Positions 47,367 to 60,181 of a stretch of DNA of 64,000 nt are shown piece by piece. The notes beneath the pieces were generated by a model. That model was given only the letters and a program-made list of their open reading frames with translations. It was not told the DNA's origin and made no database searches. This stretch comes from Phyllobates terribilis (lineage: Eukaryota), in NCBI RefSeq assembly GCF_046119375.1, contig NW_027362762.1, positions 933,348,001 to 933,412,000 of the forward strand, given 5' to 3'. Every line of letters starts with the position of its first letter. Position 1 is the first letter of the stretch. Position numbers and translations under genes: made by a program.

Positions 47367-50300
47367 GCCGACCTAGAGCAAGGAGAGGATTAGAGGTGTG
47401 CCAGATAAAAGACATGGGGTTCCCTGCCGCAGCTTCATAAGAAAAATCACAGGACCCCCAAGACCACTTTGATTGACAGCCGCCTTTGCAGTGCATCAGT
47501 CAGTCAGATAGGTGGCGTGCTGACAGCTGCCGCTCACTACATGCTAACCGGTGGCTGCATGCCGGCCGACCACCTTCCCCTTTAAACCCTATATCTGCAG
47601 GTTAATAGCTTTTTCCGGCCTGACCGATTCCTTTTAAATTTCTGTACCACTTTTACAGACGGTTTCTCTGCACTTTCAACTTAGATGTGGTCCGTGGTCA
47701 TATGTCGGATTTAAAAAAAAAAAAAAAAATTAAAAAAACTCTCCGGCCACAATGAGCTCACTGATAGATTTTCTGTTGACTCATTCAGCAGCCAGCAATA
47801 AACAATGCAACAAAAGGCTGTGCAAAATTTCTAATGAAAACCCAAAACACAAATTACTTTTTTTTTTTTTTTTTTTTTTAGCCAAATATACAAGCATTTA
47901 GGTAAGAAAAAAAATGCAACCAAAAGTGGACAAAACTGAAAAACGACAGACGCAATTTTTAGCAGCTTAGTGCAAACTATCGCGACATCCTGTAATCTAG
48001 CAATGCCGTGATTTTATCTAGACATTTGTGAAATACTGCATTTTTTTTTACATGGTGGCAAAACCCATCTTGGCGCCATTCCTCATAGATTGAGCCACCA
48101 AAGTAAAAATAGGGATTTTTTTAATTCTTTTTTTTTTTTTTAAAGCAAGCGGCTGTAATAAGACACAGGAAACGCACAGTGCACGGTATAAATACCCGGC
48201 TGGATCAGGTCTCAGGATTTCAGGGCGACAGAATACAACACAGATCTAGAATGCGGAAAACAAAGCTGCTGTGTCAGCAGGACATGGCGCAGAAAACAGG
48301 AACCCTTGTGAACCGGGCTGTGCTCCAGAGCTGCGCTCCCAGCCTCTCCTCACCCTATGGCTTCTCAGCTGGAGAAGTGAAATCTCTTATTTTTCCGCTG
48401 CTGAATGGGTCTGGAGGAAAGTGGAAGAGGAGGAGTCGCCACGAGCAGCGAGGGTGGAGAACAGCCATTAACCCTCCACCGTCACTGCAGGAGAGTTCCA
48501 GGCATAACATATCACAAAAACTGATATTTTTTTTTCAACTTTTTAATTTCTTTGCTGCATGCTTTATTATCGGTAGCAAATTTTTCCTTTATTGCGTTCG
48601 GAATAAAATACTATCTTATATATAATAAAATTCTAAAGAAAGTTAGAAAAAAATTTTTTTAGGAAAAATTTTGCCAAGAGCAGGCGCACAGAATGCAGAA
48701 TATGACAAAATTGTTGCTACAGTGTTGTAGGTCCATGTGTTTGTTTTACGGACGCAAGGGACATATATGCACCTTTTTTCATCTGTGTGATGGAACATTG
48801 TTCACACAATTGCATCAATTTTATCAAGTGTCAAAAATAGTTAAAAAATAAAAAAATAAAAATTCAGATATACACAGAAAAGTAGTGCATGCTGCAAAAA
48901 TTAGCAGAAAATCGTCTGAGTTTTCTGGATAAAGTTCGGACAGTTTTTCATACGCTCATCTGCAGCCGGCCTAAAAATGGACAAACTGACCAAACAAAAT
49001 ACCGATGAAAATCTGATGGAAATCGATCTAGTTTTTTTTCAGGTACAATATAAAAACAAAAGACGTCTTTTACTGCTTCTGCTCCAGTTTCCTCTAGATG
49101 CCCCTTCTGCAATGGTTGCTGCCCCCATAGAACTAGCCAAATATTCATGAGTGTAGAAGTCGACCCTCCATATTCACAGGGGTCCATCCGTCATATTCAC
49201 GCGTGTTCATCCATCATATTCACACGTGTCCATCCGTCATATTCACACGTGCCCCTTTCAAAGCATTTTTGTTAATTGCCATTTCCTGTAACTTTGATAC
49301 AAAATGTAAGGAAAATTCCAAGCTCCATCACACACGGACAACACATTGCACTGAAATATGCTTGCCTGAACAAGCCCTAAGGCTGCGTCAGCACATATTC
49401 ACACACGTCATTTCTATTTTCTATAAGAAACTTCTTTTTTTGAAGGCAAAAAATTCTGATGAGTATTTCCAGCATAATCTGCTTCAGGGAAAGCTGCTTT
49501 TTTTTCTTTGAGTTTTTTAGGCTTTTTTTTAGCTCTTGAATTGGGGGGTTTTGAAGAGATTTTGGAAGCTTTTTTTTTGCAGCCTTTTTATTTACCAATG
49601 TCAAAAATGGAGAGAACTCCAAGAGGAATCCAATTCTAAGAAGTAACGCGTCACTTTTTCCCGAGGGACGTTTTTCAAAACCTGATTGGAAAAGAAAGCT
49701 CAAAAAAACTGGTCACAAAGTAGATTTTCTATTGATATTAATAGCAAGAGTATTCAAAGTCCTTCTACGTGGAGTGTGAATGCCGCCGTACGCTGTGATA
49801 CATGAACTTACGTTCAGTCCGTCTGGAATTGCGAAAGTAAAATCCGATGTGGATTACAGTATCAGACGTGTCCATGTTGTTTGGACGCATCTCATTCACA
49901 TAAAATCTGCAGTGTGTGGATTTCTGTGGATTTTCACCCCTTTTAACCCCTGGACGACATGAAGCATGCCACCACTATATAGTGTGGTCTCAATCCATAG
50001 AGCGCAGGTGTCGGCTGTGTTGTACAGCCGACATAGGAGAGTAACTGCTGTGATTGGAACTGGCTCTGATCACAATAGCTTAACCATTTAGATGCCACTG
50101 TCAAGCGTGAAAGCAACATCTAGGGGGTTTAGAAAAGTATGGGTATGGCACTTTCGACTCCCATTGCTCCCCTCCGCTGCAGTTGCAGGGTGAAGATAGG
50201 TTGTTATGGGAGTCTCTCTGTCTGCCATGTTACTACTCCAATGGAGTCCTACTTGTGGGCTTCTTCTTCACTCTATGTGACTGCAGACTTGTGAATCCTC

Positions 50301-51049
50301 ACAGTGTGCGCACTGTCAGGATTCTCTGGGAGCGAGAGGTCATGTGACTGCAAGTATGAGATTTGCATGCTTTTGGCCACATTCTGACTAGACGTGTCTG
50401 GCCTCGCACGACTAGTCGGCATGTGACTGCATGTGTACAAATTGCCCTGGAGAATCCTTACAGCGTGCACGGTGAGGATTAACAATCTATGTGACTGCAG
50501 AATTGAGCCCCCGAAGCCTGGACAACCCCTTTAATTATACATTAGACTGCGATATTACAGTATCGCAGCGTATTCTGTAGGCAATCAAGCAATTATATGT
50601 TCACGTCCGAGCCCTGGGACCCCCACCACCTCTGTACTATGTCCGGCGGTCCCACACTGCTACATTCACATGGGGATCTTCAGATGTTGGGATCGCTGGG
50701 GGTAACAATGGTCAGACCCCCAGATATTGGGTCGTTATCCCCTATGGAAAGTGCGATAACTTCCAAACGTGAGAATACAAATATGGGAGTCTAAAAAATT
50801 AACATATCACCTGGAACATAATTGTCCGAACTAATAAAATATAAAAAAATATTTATGCCGCACAATGAATACCAAAAAGGGAGGAAAAAATTTATGTCAG
50901 AAAGAGTTTTTTGGTTTCGTCACCTATAGCAACCATTTATTACCCATAGCAACCATTTATTACCATAGCAACCATTTATTTTTCAGCCTGGGAGTGGATA
51001 AAGAGGGGTATTCAGGGATAACGGGACTAGAGAGGGCGGGGCAACATCT

Positions 51050-51930
51050 GCACAAACAGCAGCCTTAGCTGCTGTGTCACACATCACGTGATCGCACACG
51101 CACCGCCCCTCCAGCGGCCATTTTACATTCTGGCAAGGGTCAAATACCTTACGTCTGCTCTACCAGTCCGTTCGCGTCGTAAAAATATTCCAATCGCGAT
51201 ATGATTTACGTCGCTTTCTGCACTATCAGGTAAAAATGTATTTTTAACTCTCAGGTAAAAAGTCACAGTCCGTACCCCGACACTGATATAAAACAACAAA
51301 AGCGGTAATGTCTGTCACGTCTTGTAATAAATCACTCCGGAGCCCACCTCCCGCCTTCCTCTATATAATGTGAAGGGTCAGCACTGGAAGAAAGATTTTA
51401 TGCCCGGATAAGAAATGGCCGCTGTAGAGCAGCTGTCGCAATCACGTGCTCCGGGCTCCCTGCTGATGACGTCAGAAGCTTGCCGCAACGACGCGCGGAG
51501 AAGAACAAAGTTTCTGATAGGCGCAAGCAGGAAGTGGGCGCGGCTGAGACTGAAGCTGATTGGTTGCTTGACGTTAGGGCGTCAGAGCGAGCGGGTTATG
51601 GTGTGCCGTCGTCGTAGTAGGTAGGAGCTGGGAGGTGCTGCGGGTGAGGGACCGACAGCTGAGCTCATGTCTCACCGGAGCCGCCACTGCGCTGCCTGAA
51701 TGACCCCGGGCCGGGTCCAACGCCTAGTGCACAGAGCGCTATGAGGTGAGAGGCCTGCAGGGTGACCCCAAACAGGTGTGCACTCATTCATCAAACGTGG
51801 ATGGGGGGAGGAGGAGGTGACCGCTGCCTGGTTTAGATTATGTGTAGGGGTGAGGAAAGGGTTAACAGCCAAAATAACATTGACACCCGAAAAGGGGCAC
51901 ATAGGGGTCTACAGGGTGAGCGGTGCCGGA
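51050..51930. promoter_or_regulatory. CpG-rich, probably bidirectional promoter (CRYZL1 leftward; ITSN1 rightward by synteny)
   Basis: TCACGTGA 51084-91, AAATGGCCGC about 51413, CACGTG 51443-48, TGACGTCA 51467-74, CAGGAAGTG 51528-36 and ATTGG 51559-63. A minus-strand donor candidate GCAGAC|GTAAGG lies at 51153, and there are several plus-strand GTGAG donors. No ITSN1 coding exon was seen. Confidence 0.6.
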
Positions 51931-51944
51931 GATGTGAGCTCATG

Positions 51945-53115
51945 TTATTACAGCATAGCATAACATTCTAGCGATATTATAGCGTTACATTATGGCCATA
52001 TTATATTATAGCGTTACATTCTAGCCATATTATAGCGTTACATTATAGCCATATTATATTATAGCGTTACATTCTAGCCATATTATATTATAGCGTCACA
52101 TTCTAGCCATATTATATTATAGCGTTACATTCTAGCCATATTATAGTGTTACATTATGGCCATATTATATTATAGCGTTACATTCTAGCCATATTATATT
52201 ATATTATAGTGTTACATTATGGCCATATTATATTATAGCGTTACATTCTAGCCATATTATATTATAGCGTTACATTCTAGCCATATTATAGCGTTACATT
52301 CTAGCCATATTATAGCGTTACATTCTAGCCATATTATAGCGTTACATTCTAGCCATATTATAGCGTTACATTCTAGCCATATTATAGCGTTACATTCTAG
52401 CCATATTATATTATATTATAGCGTTACATTCTAGCCATTTCATATTATAGCGTTACATTCTAGCCATATTATAGCGTTACATTCTAGCCATTTTATATTA
52501 TAGCGTTACATTCTAGCCATATTATAGCGTTACATTCTAGCCATATTATATTATAGCGTTACATTCTAGCCATATTATATTATAGCGTTACATTCTGGCC
52601 ATATTATATTATAGCGTTACATTCTAGCCATATTATATTATAGCGTTACATTCTAGCCATATTATATTACATTATAGTGTTACATTATGGCCATATTATA
52701 TTATAGCGTTACATTATGGCCATATTATATTATATTATAGTGTTACATTATGGCCATATTATATTATAGCGTTACATTCTAGCCATATTATATTATAGCG
52801 TTACATTATAGCCATATTATATTATAGCGTTACATTATAGCCATATCATAGCGTTATATTATAGCGTTACATTATAGCCATATTATATTATAGCGTTACA
52901 TTATAGCCATATTATAGCGTTACATTATAGCCATATTATAGCGTTAGATTATAGCCATATTATAGTGTTACATTCTAGCCATATTATATTATAGTGTTAC
53001 ATTCTAGCCATATTATATTATAGTGTTACATTCTAGCCATATTATATTATAGTGTTACATTCTAGCCGTATTATATTAGTGATATAGTGATATTATATTA
53101 GTGATATATTATAGT
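51945..53115. repeat. AT-rich satellite, 24-bp core with variable TATTA insertions
   Basis: About 40 copies of TATTATAGCGTTACATT(C/A)TAGCCA. Confidence 0.92.
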
Positions 53116-54679
53116 GTTAGTGATATTAGATATTATTTGTGTTATGTCTTTGTTGTATTGTATTATATTGCTGTTATTAGTGTCATGGCATGTTTTATTA
53201 TATATTTGTTATATAAATGTATATAATAGTGTATTGTTGTATCGACTGTTGCCGTGTCTGATATGGTATATGTACCACTGTGCCATTATATGGTGTTATA
53301 GGGTTGTATGTTAATAGATTTTCCTGTTATTGTATTTGCCGTACAATATATTTGTATTTTGGTGTTTAATGTTGTTATTTTCCATATTACAGTGTTTCAT
53401 ATCTTTTTGTGTACACGGTATTCCTGTTGTGTGTTTTATTATACACAAAAAAATAAATGTTCAGCTCACCTGATTGTGGGGAAGCTTTGAACTCTTAAGA
53501 TGTGCAGGGATGCGGAGTCCCCAATTGAAAGGCTAATAGAGAACATGAAAAAAAAAGCTGCAATCTTGTCCAGCACTCAATTTCCAAATAAAAAAAAAAA
53601 AAAAAGTTTTATTGATCCATTAAAAGATACAAAAAACACACAAGTTTAAAAACAGGACCATTCTACGCGTTTCAAACCATACATATTTCTAAGATCAAAA
53701 CACGTAGGTTTATTTTCTCGGGTTCTGTCTTTTTTTTTTTTTGTCTTTTTAATAAATTAAAACTTTTTTTTTTTTTTTCCTTTGGAAGTTGGAGATAACA
53801 ACTGATATTTTTATTATACTAGTGTTTGATACTGTATTATAGCTTTTAAATATCTTGATTTTATTACCTGTGGAGGTCCGATCATCACCCGTCCTGATAA
53901 TGTCTGTTATAATAAATATTTTTTTTTTCCACGTGAAATAAGAATTCTGGAGCTTTTTTTATTTTTTTAATTCTGCACTGGATGTTTCTCTGTTGTTCCT
54001 CCTGGAAGTTTATGAATAAATTGCCAAATGGGCGTAAACTGTTGGGGTGGGGGATGTTCCAGCACAGAAAAGCTCTGTCCTGTCAGAGCTGATTGATTAG
54101 GGATATGCCCCTTAAACATGAAGGATGATAGTCCGCCAGCTTTCTCGGGGTCCTGACAGACCCAGTCTCTCCCTGCTCCCTCGTTCTGGGGTCTGATAAA
54201 CTGTTGCTTTTTGTACTTTTTTATTTTTATACCCCATCTTTCCCAGGTCAACTGATCAAACTAGGAAACAAGAGAATAAGTTTTGGAAGTGCTTGATGGA
54301 AGAGGACAACTGAGGGACCTCAGGGGTTTCCTACATTTAGACAGAACTTGTCTTACATTGGATTCTGCAACTACTTTGGGCCCAATTCATCATTTTGCAT
54401 TTTCTTAAACTTCCTTAATTTTTTTTTTGTTGTGCCAAATTACACATTGACTCCTGTAGTTCATAAATTTTACAAAAAAAATAAACAAAAAAAAATTGGC
54501 TCTTTATTTTGGTCTTCTTTCACTTAAAATTTAACATTTTGTAGGGGGGTGAGGGGGGAATTCAGACTCACAAAAACTCATCCCAGAAGTATATTTTGTT
54601 CAAAAATGTTTCTACTAAAATGTCTGGAAACTACAAAAGTTTGCCCACATTAGCGAATATGTATGTATATGTGTGTGTA

Positions 54680-55590
54680 CAGTACAGACCAAAAGTTTGG
54701 ACACACCTTCTCATTTAAAGATTTTTCTGTATTTTCATGACTATGAAAATTATACATTCACACTGAAGGCATCAAAACTATGAATTATCACATGTGGAAT
54801 TATATACTTAACAAAAAAGTGTGAAACAACTGAAAATATGTCTTATATTCTAGGTTCTTCAAAGTAGCCACCTTTTGCTTTGATGACTGCTTTGCACACT
54901 CTTGGCATTCTCTTGATGAGCTTCAAGAGGTAGTCACCGGAAATGGTCTTCCAACAATCTTGAAGGAGTTCCCAGAGATGCTTAGCACTTGTTGGCCCTT
55001 TTGCCTTCATTCTGCGGTCCAGCTCACCCCAAACCATCTCGATTGGGTTCAGGTCTGGTGACTGTGGAGGCCAGGTCATCTGGCGTAGCACCCCATCACT
55101 CTCCTTCTTGGTCAAATAGCCCTTACACAGCCTGGAGGTGTGTTTGGGGTCATTGTCCTGTTGAAAAATAAATGATGGTCCAACTAAACGCAAACCGGAT
55201 GGAATAGCATGCCACTGCAAGATGCTGTGGCAGCCATGCTGGTTCAGTATGCCTTCAATTATGAATAAATCCCCATCAGTGTCACCAGCAAAGCACCCCC
55301 ACACCATCACACCTCCTCCTCCATGCTTCACGGTGGGAACCAGGCATGTAGAGTCCATCCGTTCACCTTTTCTGCGTCGCACAAAGACACGGTGGTTGGA
55401 ACCAAAGATCTCAAATTTGGACTCATCAGACCAAAGCACAGATTTCCACTGGTCTAATGTCCATTCCTTGTGTTCTTTAGCCCAAACAAGTCTCTTCTGC
55501 TTGTTGCCTGTCCTTAGCAGTGGTTTCCTAGCCGCTATTTTATCATGAAGGCCTGCTGCACAAAGTCTCCTCTTAACAGTTGTTGTAGAG
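54680..55590 (-). mobile_element. 5'-truncated Tc1 (family D)
   Basis: TA|CAGTACAGACCAAAAGTTTGGACAC TIR at 54680. The minus-strand transposase runs from TTVKRRL through WSDESK, QQDNDPKH and SPDLNPIE to EEPRI* (54843). The N-terminus and second TIR are absent. Confidence 0.88.
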
Positions 55591-56339
55591 AAAAAAGTTT
55601 TATATAGCAACTTTTTAAGGGTTTGTCTGGGATGGCTACAGAAGAATTGGCGTCCCGTGACCCCTGTTGGCCCATTCACAGCACCACTTATCTGGCCCTT
55701 TTACTATAAAATCAGTGGAGAGGTGGTCTCATGTCTTTTGTCAGTGGAGTTGTGGGAACCAATTTCTCTTGGTTTGGACACTTTTTAAACCAGTGAATGG
55801 TCTCCTGAATTTTGAGGATCCCAGGTGTCAGATTGTTACAGTATCTTATCTAGGTGTTAGTTTTGAATACTCCTTTAAGTCTGCACACTATAGCCTATCT
55901 TTACCCCGCATCCAGTGTTAGAGCGTATGAAGCAATAGTTGAGAGGCGTGGCTTAGTGTGCTCAGTGGGAGGGGCTGAACCTCAGCTCCTGAAGAAGTGC
56001 TAATCTAAAGTGGAGGGAGCAGAAGTGATCACACCCCCGACTTCTCTCTCCATGATTGAACATATATTTAATATGTATTTGGTTCTAGTGACAGGGTCCA
56101 GCTCTGTTTCTCCCCACCTCCCTAGATTACTAGTACAGAAGACTTGAGTATTGTCACGGACAGGACTGGTGGTGCAGAGCTCACTGATACCAGCGCGGTC
56201 CTGTAACAAGTCCATTCATGATATTTCTTCCTCCTGAATCTTCTCCCATTACCTGTGAGTGATATTATTAAGTAGTGGAAGGAACTGCTGCAACTCAGAC
56301 ATGGCTGAGCAGCTGCTTGCAGCCTTGCATCACCAAGCA

Positions 56340-57720
56340 CAATGCCGAGCGTCGGATGGAGTGGCGTAAAGCCGCCACCACTGGACTCTAGAGGAGACGT
56401 GTTCTGTGCAGTGACGGATCACACTTCTCTACAAAAAGAAAGCACAGCAGCACTCATTAAGGGCTAAGATATATGTAAACACCTAGAACACAAGATCTAA
56501 ACTGCGTTATTGCTAAATATAATGTACTTACAAAAAACGAAGGTTCTTAGCGCATAAATTGGCCAATTCATGTATGTCCTTGAACCCCGGCAAGGTGACC
56601 TCCGCATGATGGGTAACTATCCCCCTAAACATAGAAATCAACACTAATTAATTAAAAGCACCCTTGGGCTGATGGGTGGAGAGGCATGTTTGCCCATTTA
56701 AACTGTAGGTGCATAGCCCAAGAGAGGGCATGTTTAGGAGGACAGTTACCCATCATACGGAGGTCACCTGTATGGAGGTGCTGGTCAGGTTTTGTTTTCT
56801 TGCAGTGTACCATGGAGGTTGTGACTGCCTCCTTTCCTGACTCTGCACTCCACCCATCAGCCCAAGGGTGCTTTTAATTATTGTTGGTTTCTACCTGCCC
56901 ACTTAAAATTGTAGACGTATAGCCCAAGAGAGGCATGTTTAGGAGGATATTTACCCATCAGTGGGAGGCCACCTTGCCGTGGTTGATGGGCATGCATGAA
57001 TTGGCCAATTTATGCGCTAAGAACCTTCATTTTTTTTATAACTACATTTTATTTAGCAATAATGCAGTTTAGATCTTATGTTCTCAGTGTTTGCATATAT
57101 CTTGGCCCTTACAGAGTGCTGCTGTGCTTTCTTTTTGTATGTTATGCAGTCATTGCAGTGTACACCTATTCACACTGTATGGAGGTGCTGGTCAGGTTTT
57201 TTGTTTTTTAGCGGAGCACACTTCTCTATCTGCATCTGATGGAGGAGTCTGGGTTTGGTGATTCTAGGAGGACGTTACCCCCTGACTGCATTGTGCCGCT
57301 GTACAGATGATGGAGGAGGATAATGCTACGGGCTGTTATCATGGGGTGGCTTCGGCCCCTTAGTTCCAGTGAAGGGAAATCTTAATGCTTCAGCACAAGA
57401 CCTTGTAGCTTCAGCTTTGTGGGAACAGTTTGGGGAAGACCCTTTTCTGCTCCCCATGACTGAGCCCAGTGTACAAGCTCCATATTGACATGGTTTCGGG
57501 GGGTTTGGTGTATAAGAACATGACAGAGCCCGGACCTCAGCCCCATCTAACAACTAGAATGGAGATTGAGCCCAGCCTCTCCCCAACGTTGGGGTCTGAC
57601 CTCAAAACTGCTCTTCTGGATTATGGGGCAAAAATTCCCACAGACTCCTCCAAAATGTTGTAGAAATCCCTCCGAGAAGAGGGGGAGCTTCTCGTATCAA
57701 TATGAGGTTGACGAGCTTGT
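56340..57720 (+). mobile_element. Old Tc1 transposase remnant (family E) carrying a fold-back insertion
   Basis: Broken frames resemble ERRMEWRK..HWTL..VL.SD.S.FS and, after 57229, VWVW/GGIM/GPLVPVKGNLNAS. Confidence 0.55.
56432..57216. mobile_element. Fold-back insertion with 12-bp TSD (possibly Penelope-like)
   Basis: CACACTTCTCTA occurs at 56420-31 and 57217-28. Inverted arms lie at about 56431-56575 / 56995-57138, with an inner inverted pair at about 56645-56680 / 56850-56885. Confidence 0.6.
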
Positions 57721-59469
57721 CATATTAATGCATATGGATGGACGATGGGAGGTCAGGAAAGCTGGTGGAGGTGTTCCCCATACTTGTGTGTATGTATCAC
57801 TATGTGTTGTGTTGTGTAATCATTAGTTAATGCTGCCTGGAAGAAAGGTCCCTCCATTGATGTTTAAATAGGGGGCAGCGGGAAGTTGGCAAGGAGTGAA
57901 TGCAGAGGGGGTACCATGGTAGGCGCTAGGGAGAGAATAATAATGATAAGCGGGCAGAAGAGAGAGCCAAGATCCAGGGGGTGACGAAACGCACCAGCGG
58001 GGTTAGACGTGAGCTCTGGGAGTTGGGAATGTCATATGTATGGTAATTGCTATTCCCCACTGCTGTTGTAACCCGTCACCCACATCACAGAGCAGGTTGC
58101 CCGTCTAGACAATGTCAGTGGTTAACCCCCAAAAAAATATTTTCAGGGGCCAAAACCTACATAAAGACCAATTTCTCCATGATGAGTCCCCGTGGTGCTT
58201 TGTGCATGGAATAACAATGGTGCTGAACTGATCGCTTTACAGTCGGCCCCCAAGTCTGATTGCTGCTTTTTTTTTTTTTTTTTTCCCTCCGATTTGAAGC
58301 GGCAGCCACTTGGCTGATTACCGTGTCGGTCCCTGGATTCAATCTTACAACTTCATTTAAAAGGATCGCCCATGACATTTAAAAAGTTTCTTAATGGTAC
58401 CAGGATGGAGCAATGATGGATTTTGAGTCAGGCCCATCTCGCTATTAATATACTGATACTCCCATTACTGCATACATGTCAAACTCTGGCCCGTGGGTCA
58501 AATCTGGGTGGTTCTATTTGGCCCGCGACACCAGAACTACCACCCCTATGTGGGGCCCATTATTCTGTATACTGGTTGGCTCTTGACTTTGTCCACTTTT
58601 TTCATTTTTTATCCGTGCATTACTGGGAGAAATAACTGCAATCACCGCCATGATGTGAGACTTAACGGTTTATTTTCTGAACAGTGTGGAATATCTTATT
58701 AGGAAGTGAAGGATATAGATAAGCTGTTCTGTCCATATATAATACTGACCACATTTCCTGTTTACTGTGTTTGCCTGATTTCTTATTGGGGAAAGCGGAG
58801 TAACAGTCAATTGGCTGGATCCAGCTTTGCCAGACTCCAGAAAGGCTATTCTGGATAGTTACGGTGTGTTAACATGTTTGATTTTTTTTTTTTTCATGCA
58901 AAAAGATTAAAAAAAAAATAATTGACCCACAATGCGCTCATTTTTGCAGCTTTTTCGCCAATTCATATGAATGGATACGCGTCACGTCTTAGTAAAAACA
59001 AAGCACGGCTCAGAAAAAAAACAGCCCCAGTGTGTACATGAAATTTCATAAATCTCATTGATTATGCTGCTACTGTAAAATGCTACATATTTTCTCCTTC
59101 TGATACGTTGCGTGTGTAAAAAAAAAAACCAAAAAAAACCGACCTCCAGTTAACGTACATTTAAAGGGGGGTTTTCAGGACTGTGTAATTTTAAAATATT
59201 GATGACCTTGGGATAGGTCATAGTTATGACGTGTAAGGCATGGGTCTGGCTAACGTTCAATTGATTTGAAGAGGTCGAGGCCGAGCGCCATATATTTGTG
59301 TAGTGACTAGGAAGGGTCTTAAAAGCTTTTTCTGAGCTTTTGTAGCCAAAGTGGAGAATTACTTTAAAATAAGGCCTCTTAAAGGGGTTGTCTGTGCTAA
59401 TGATGGTCTATTAATATCAAATTGGTGAGGATCCAACATCCAGCGGTGGCCGGATGTAAATAACAGAGC

Positions 59470-59610
59470 AGAACAGCTCCGTAACATGTCTAGTGGTCGC
59501 TGCCGAGCGCTGCAGCTCTGCTCCGTACCTTGTCTAGTGGTCGCTGCCGAGCGCTGCAGCTCTGCTCCGTACCATGTGTAGTGGTCTCTGCCGAGCGCTG
59601 CAGCTCGGTC
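59470..59610. repeat. ~45-bp tandem repeat x3 within a Kolobok-like MITE
   Basis: GCTCTGCTCCGTACC(T/A)TGT(C/G)TAGTGGTC(G/T)CTGCCGAGCGCTGCA repeated. Confidence 0.75.
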
Positions 59611-60181
59611 TTTATTCTTTAACTGCAGTTCACATAAGCTTCTTTCTGAATTAGACTAAACCTGACAATTGTGGATACCCCTGATTTGAGGTTGCTGCCC
59701 GGCATTCCTATCTCCTGTGAATCTGGATGGGGTTTATATTCACATGCATTGCTGGTGACATGTCAGTGATTTTCGGCACGGATTCCCTTTTGTCAGTTTT
59801 TAAATACGACTTCCATCTCACTGTGTTACATACCTAAAACTACTTAAAATTAAAATGTTTTTATTTTTATTTTTTTTATCAAAATTTGTCATTTACTATC
59901 AAACTGCAGCTCGACCCGTAAATAACAAGGTGTCTCACTGCTCCATTGACACAATTTAAGTTATCGACACAATATTTTTTTTTTCTTGTTAACCATGGGT
60001 ATTTTTTCTATTTTTCAGTACTCCAACCCGTATTACATTAACAAGCTCATTTTTCTGTCGACATAAAGATCCTCATCAGATAGGTGGAGGTTCCGGGTGT
60101 GTAGGTGTGTAGCTGCGGCCAGGAATAAACCATGTATAAAGCTACGACGCCACACCTCTGTATTTCACTAAAAAGGACATA

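Noticed and set aside
57950-58000. Possible hammerhead (…CAGAAGA…CGAAACGC)
   Set aside because: The CUGANGA box and the stems are not intact.
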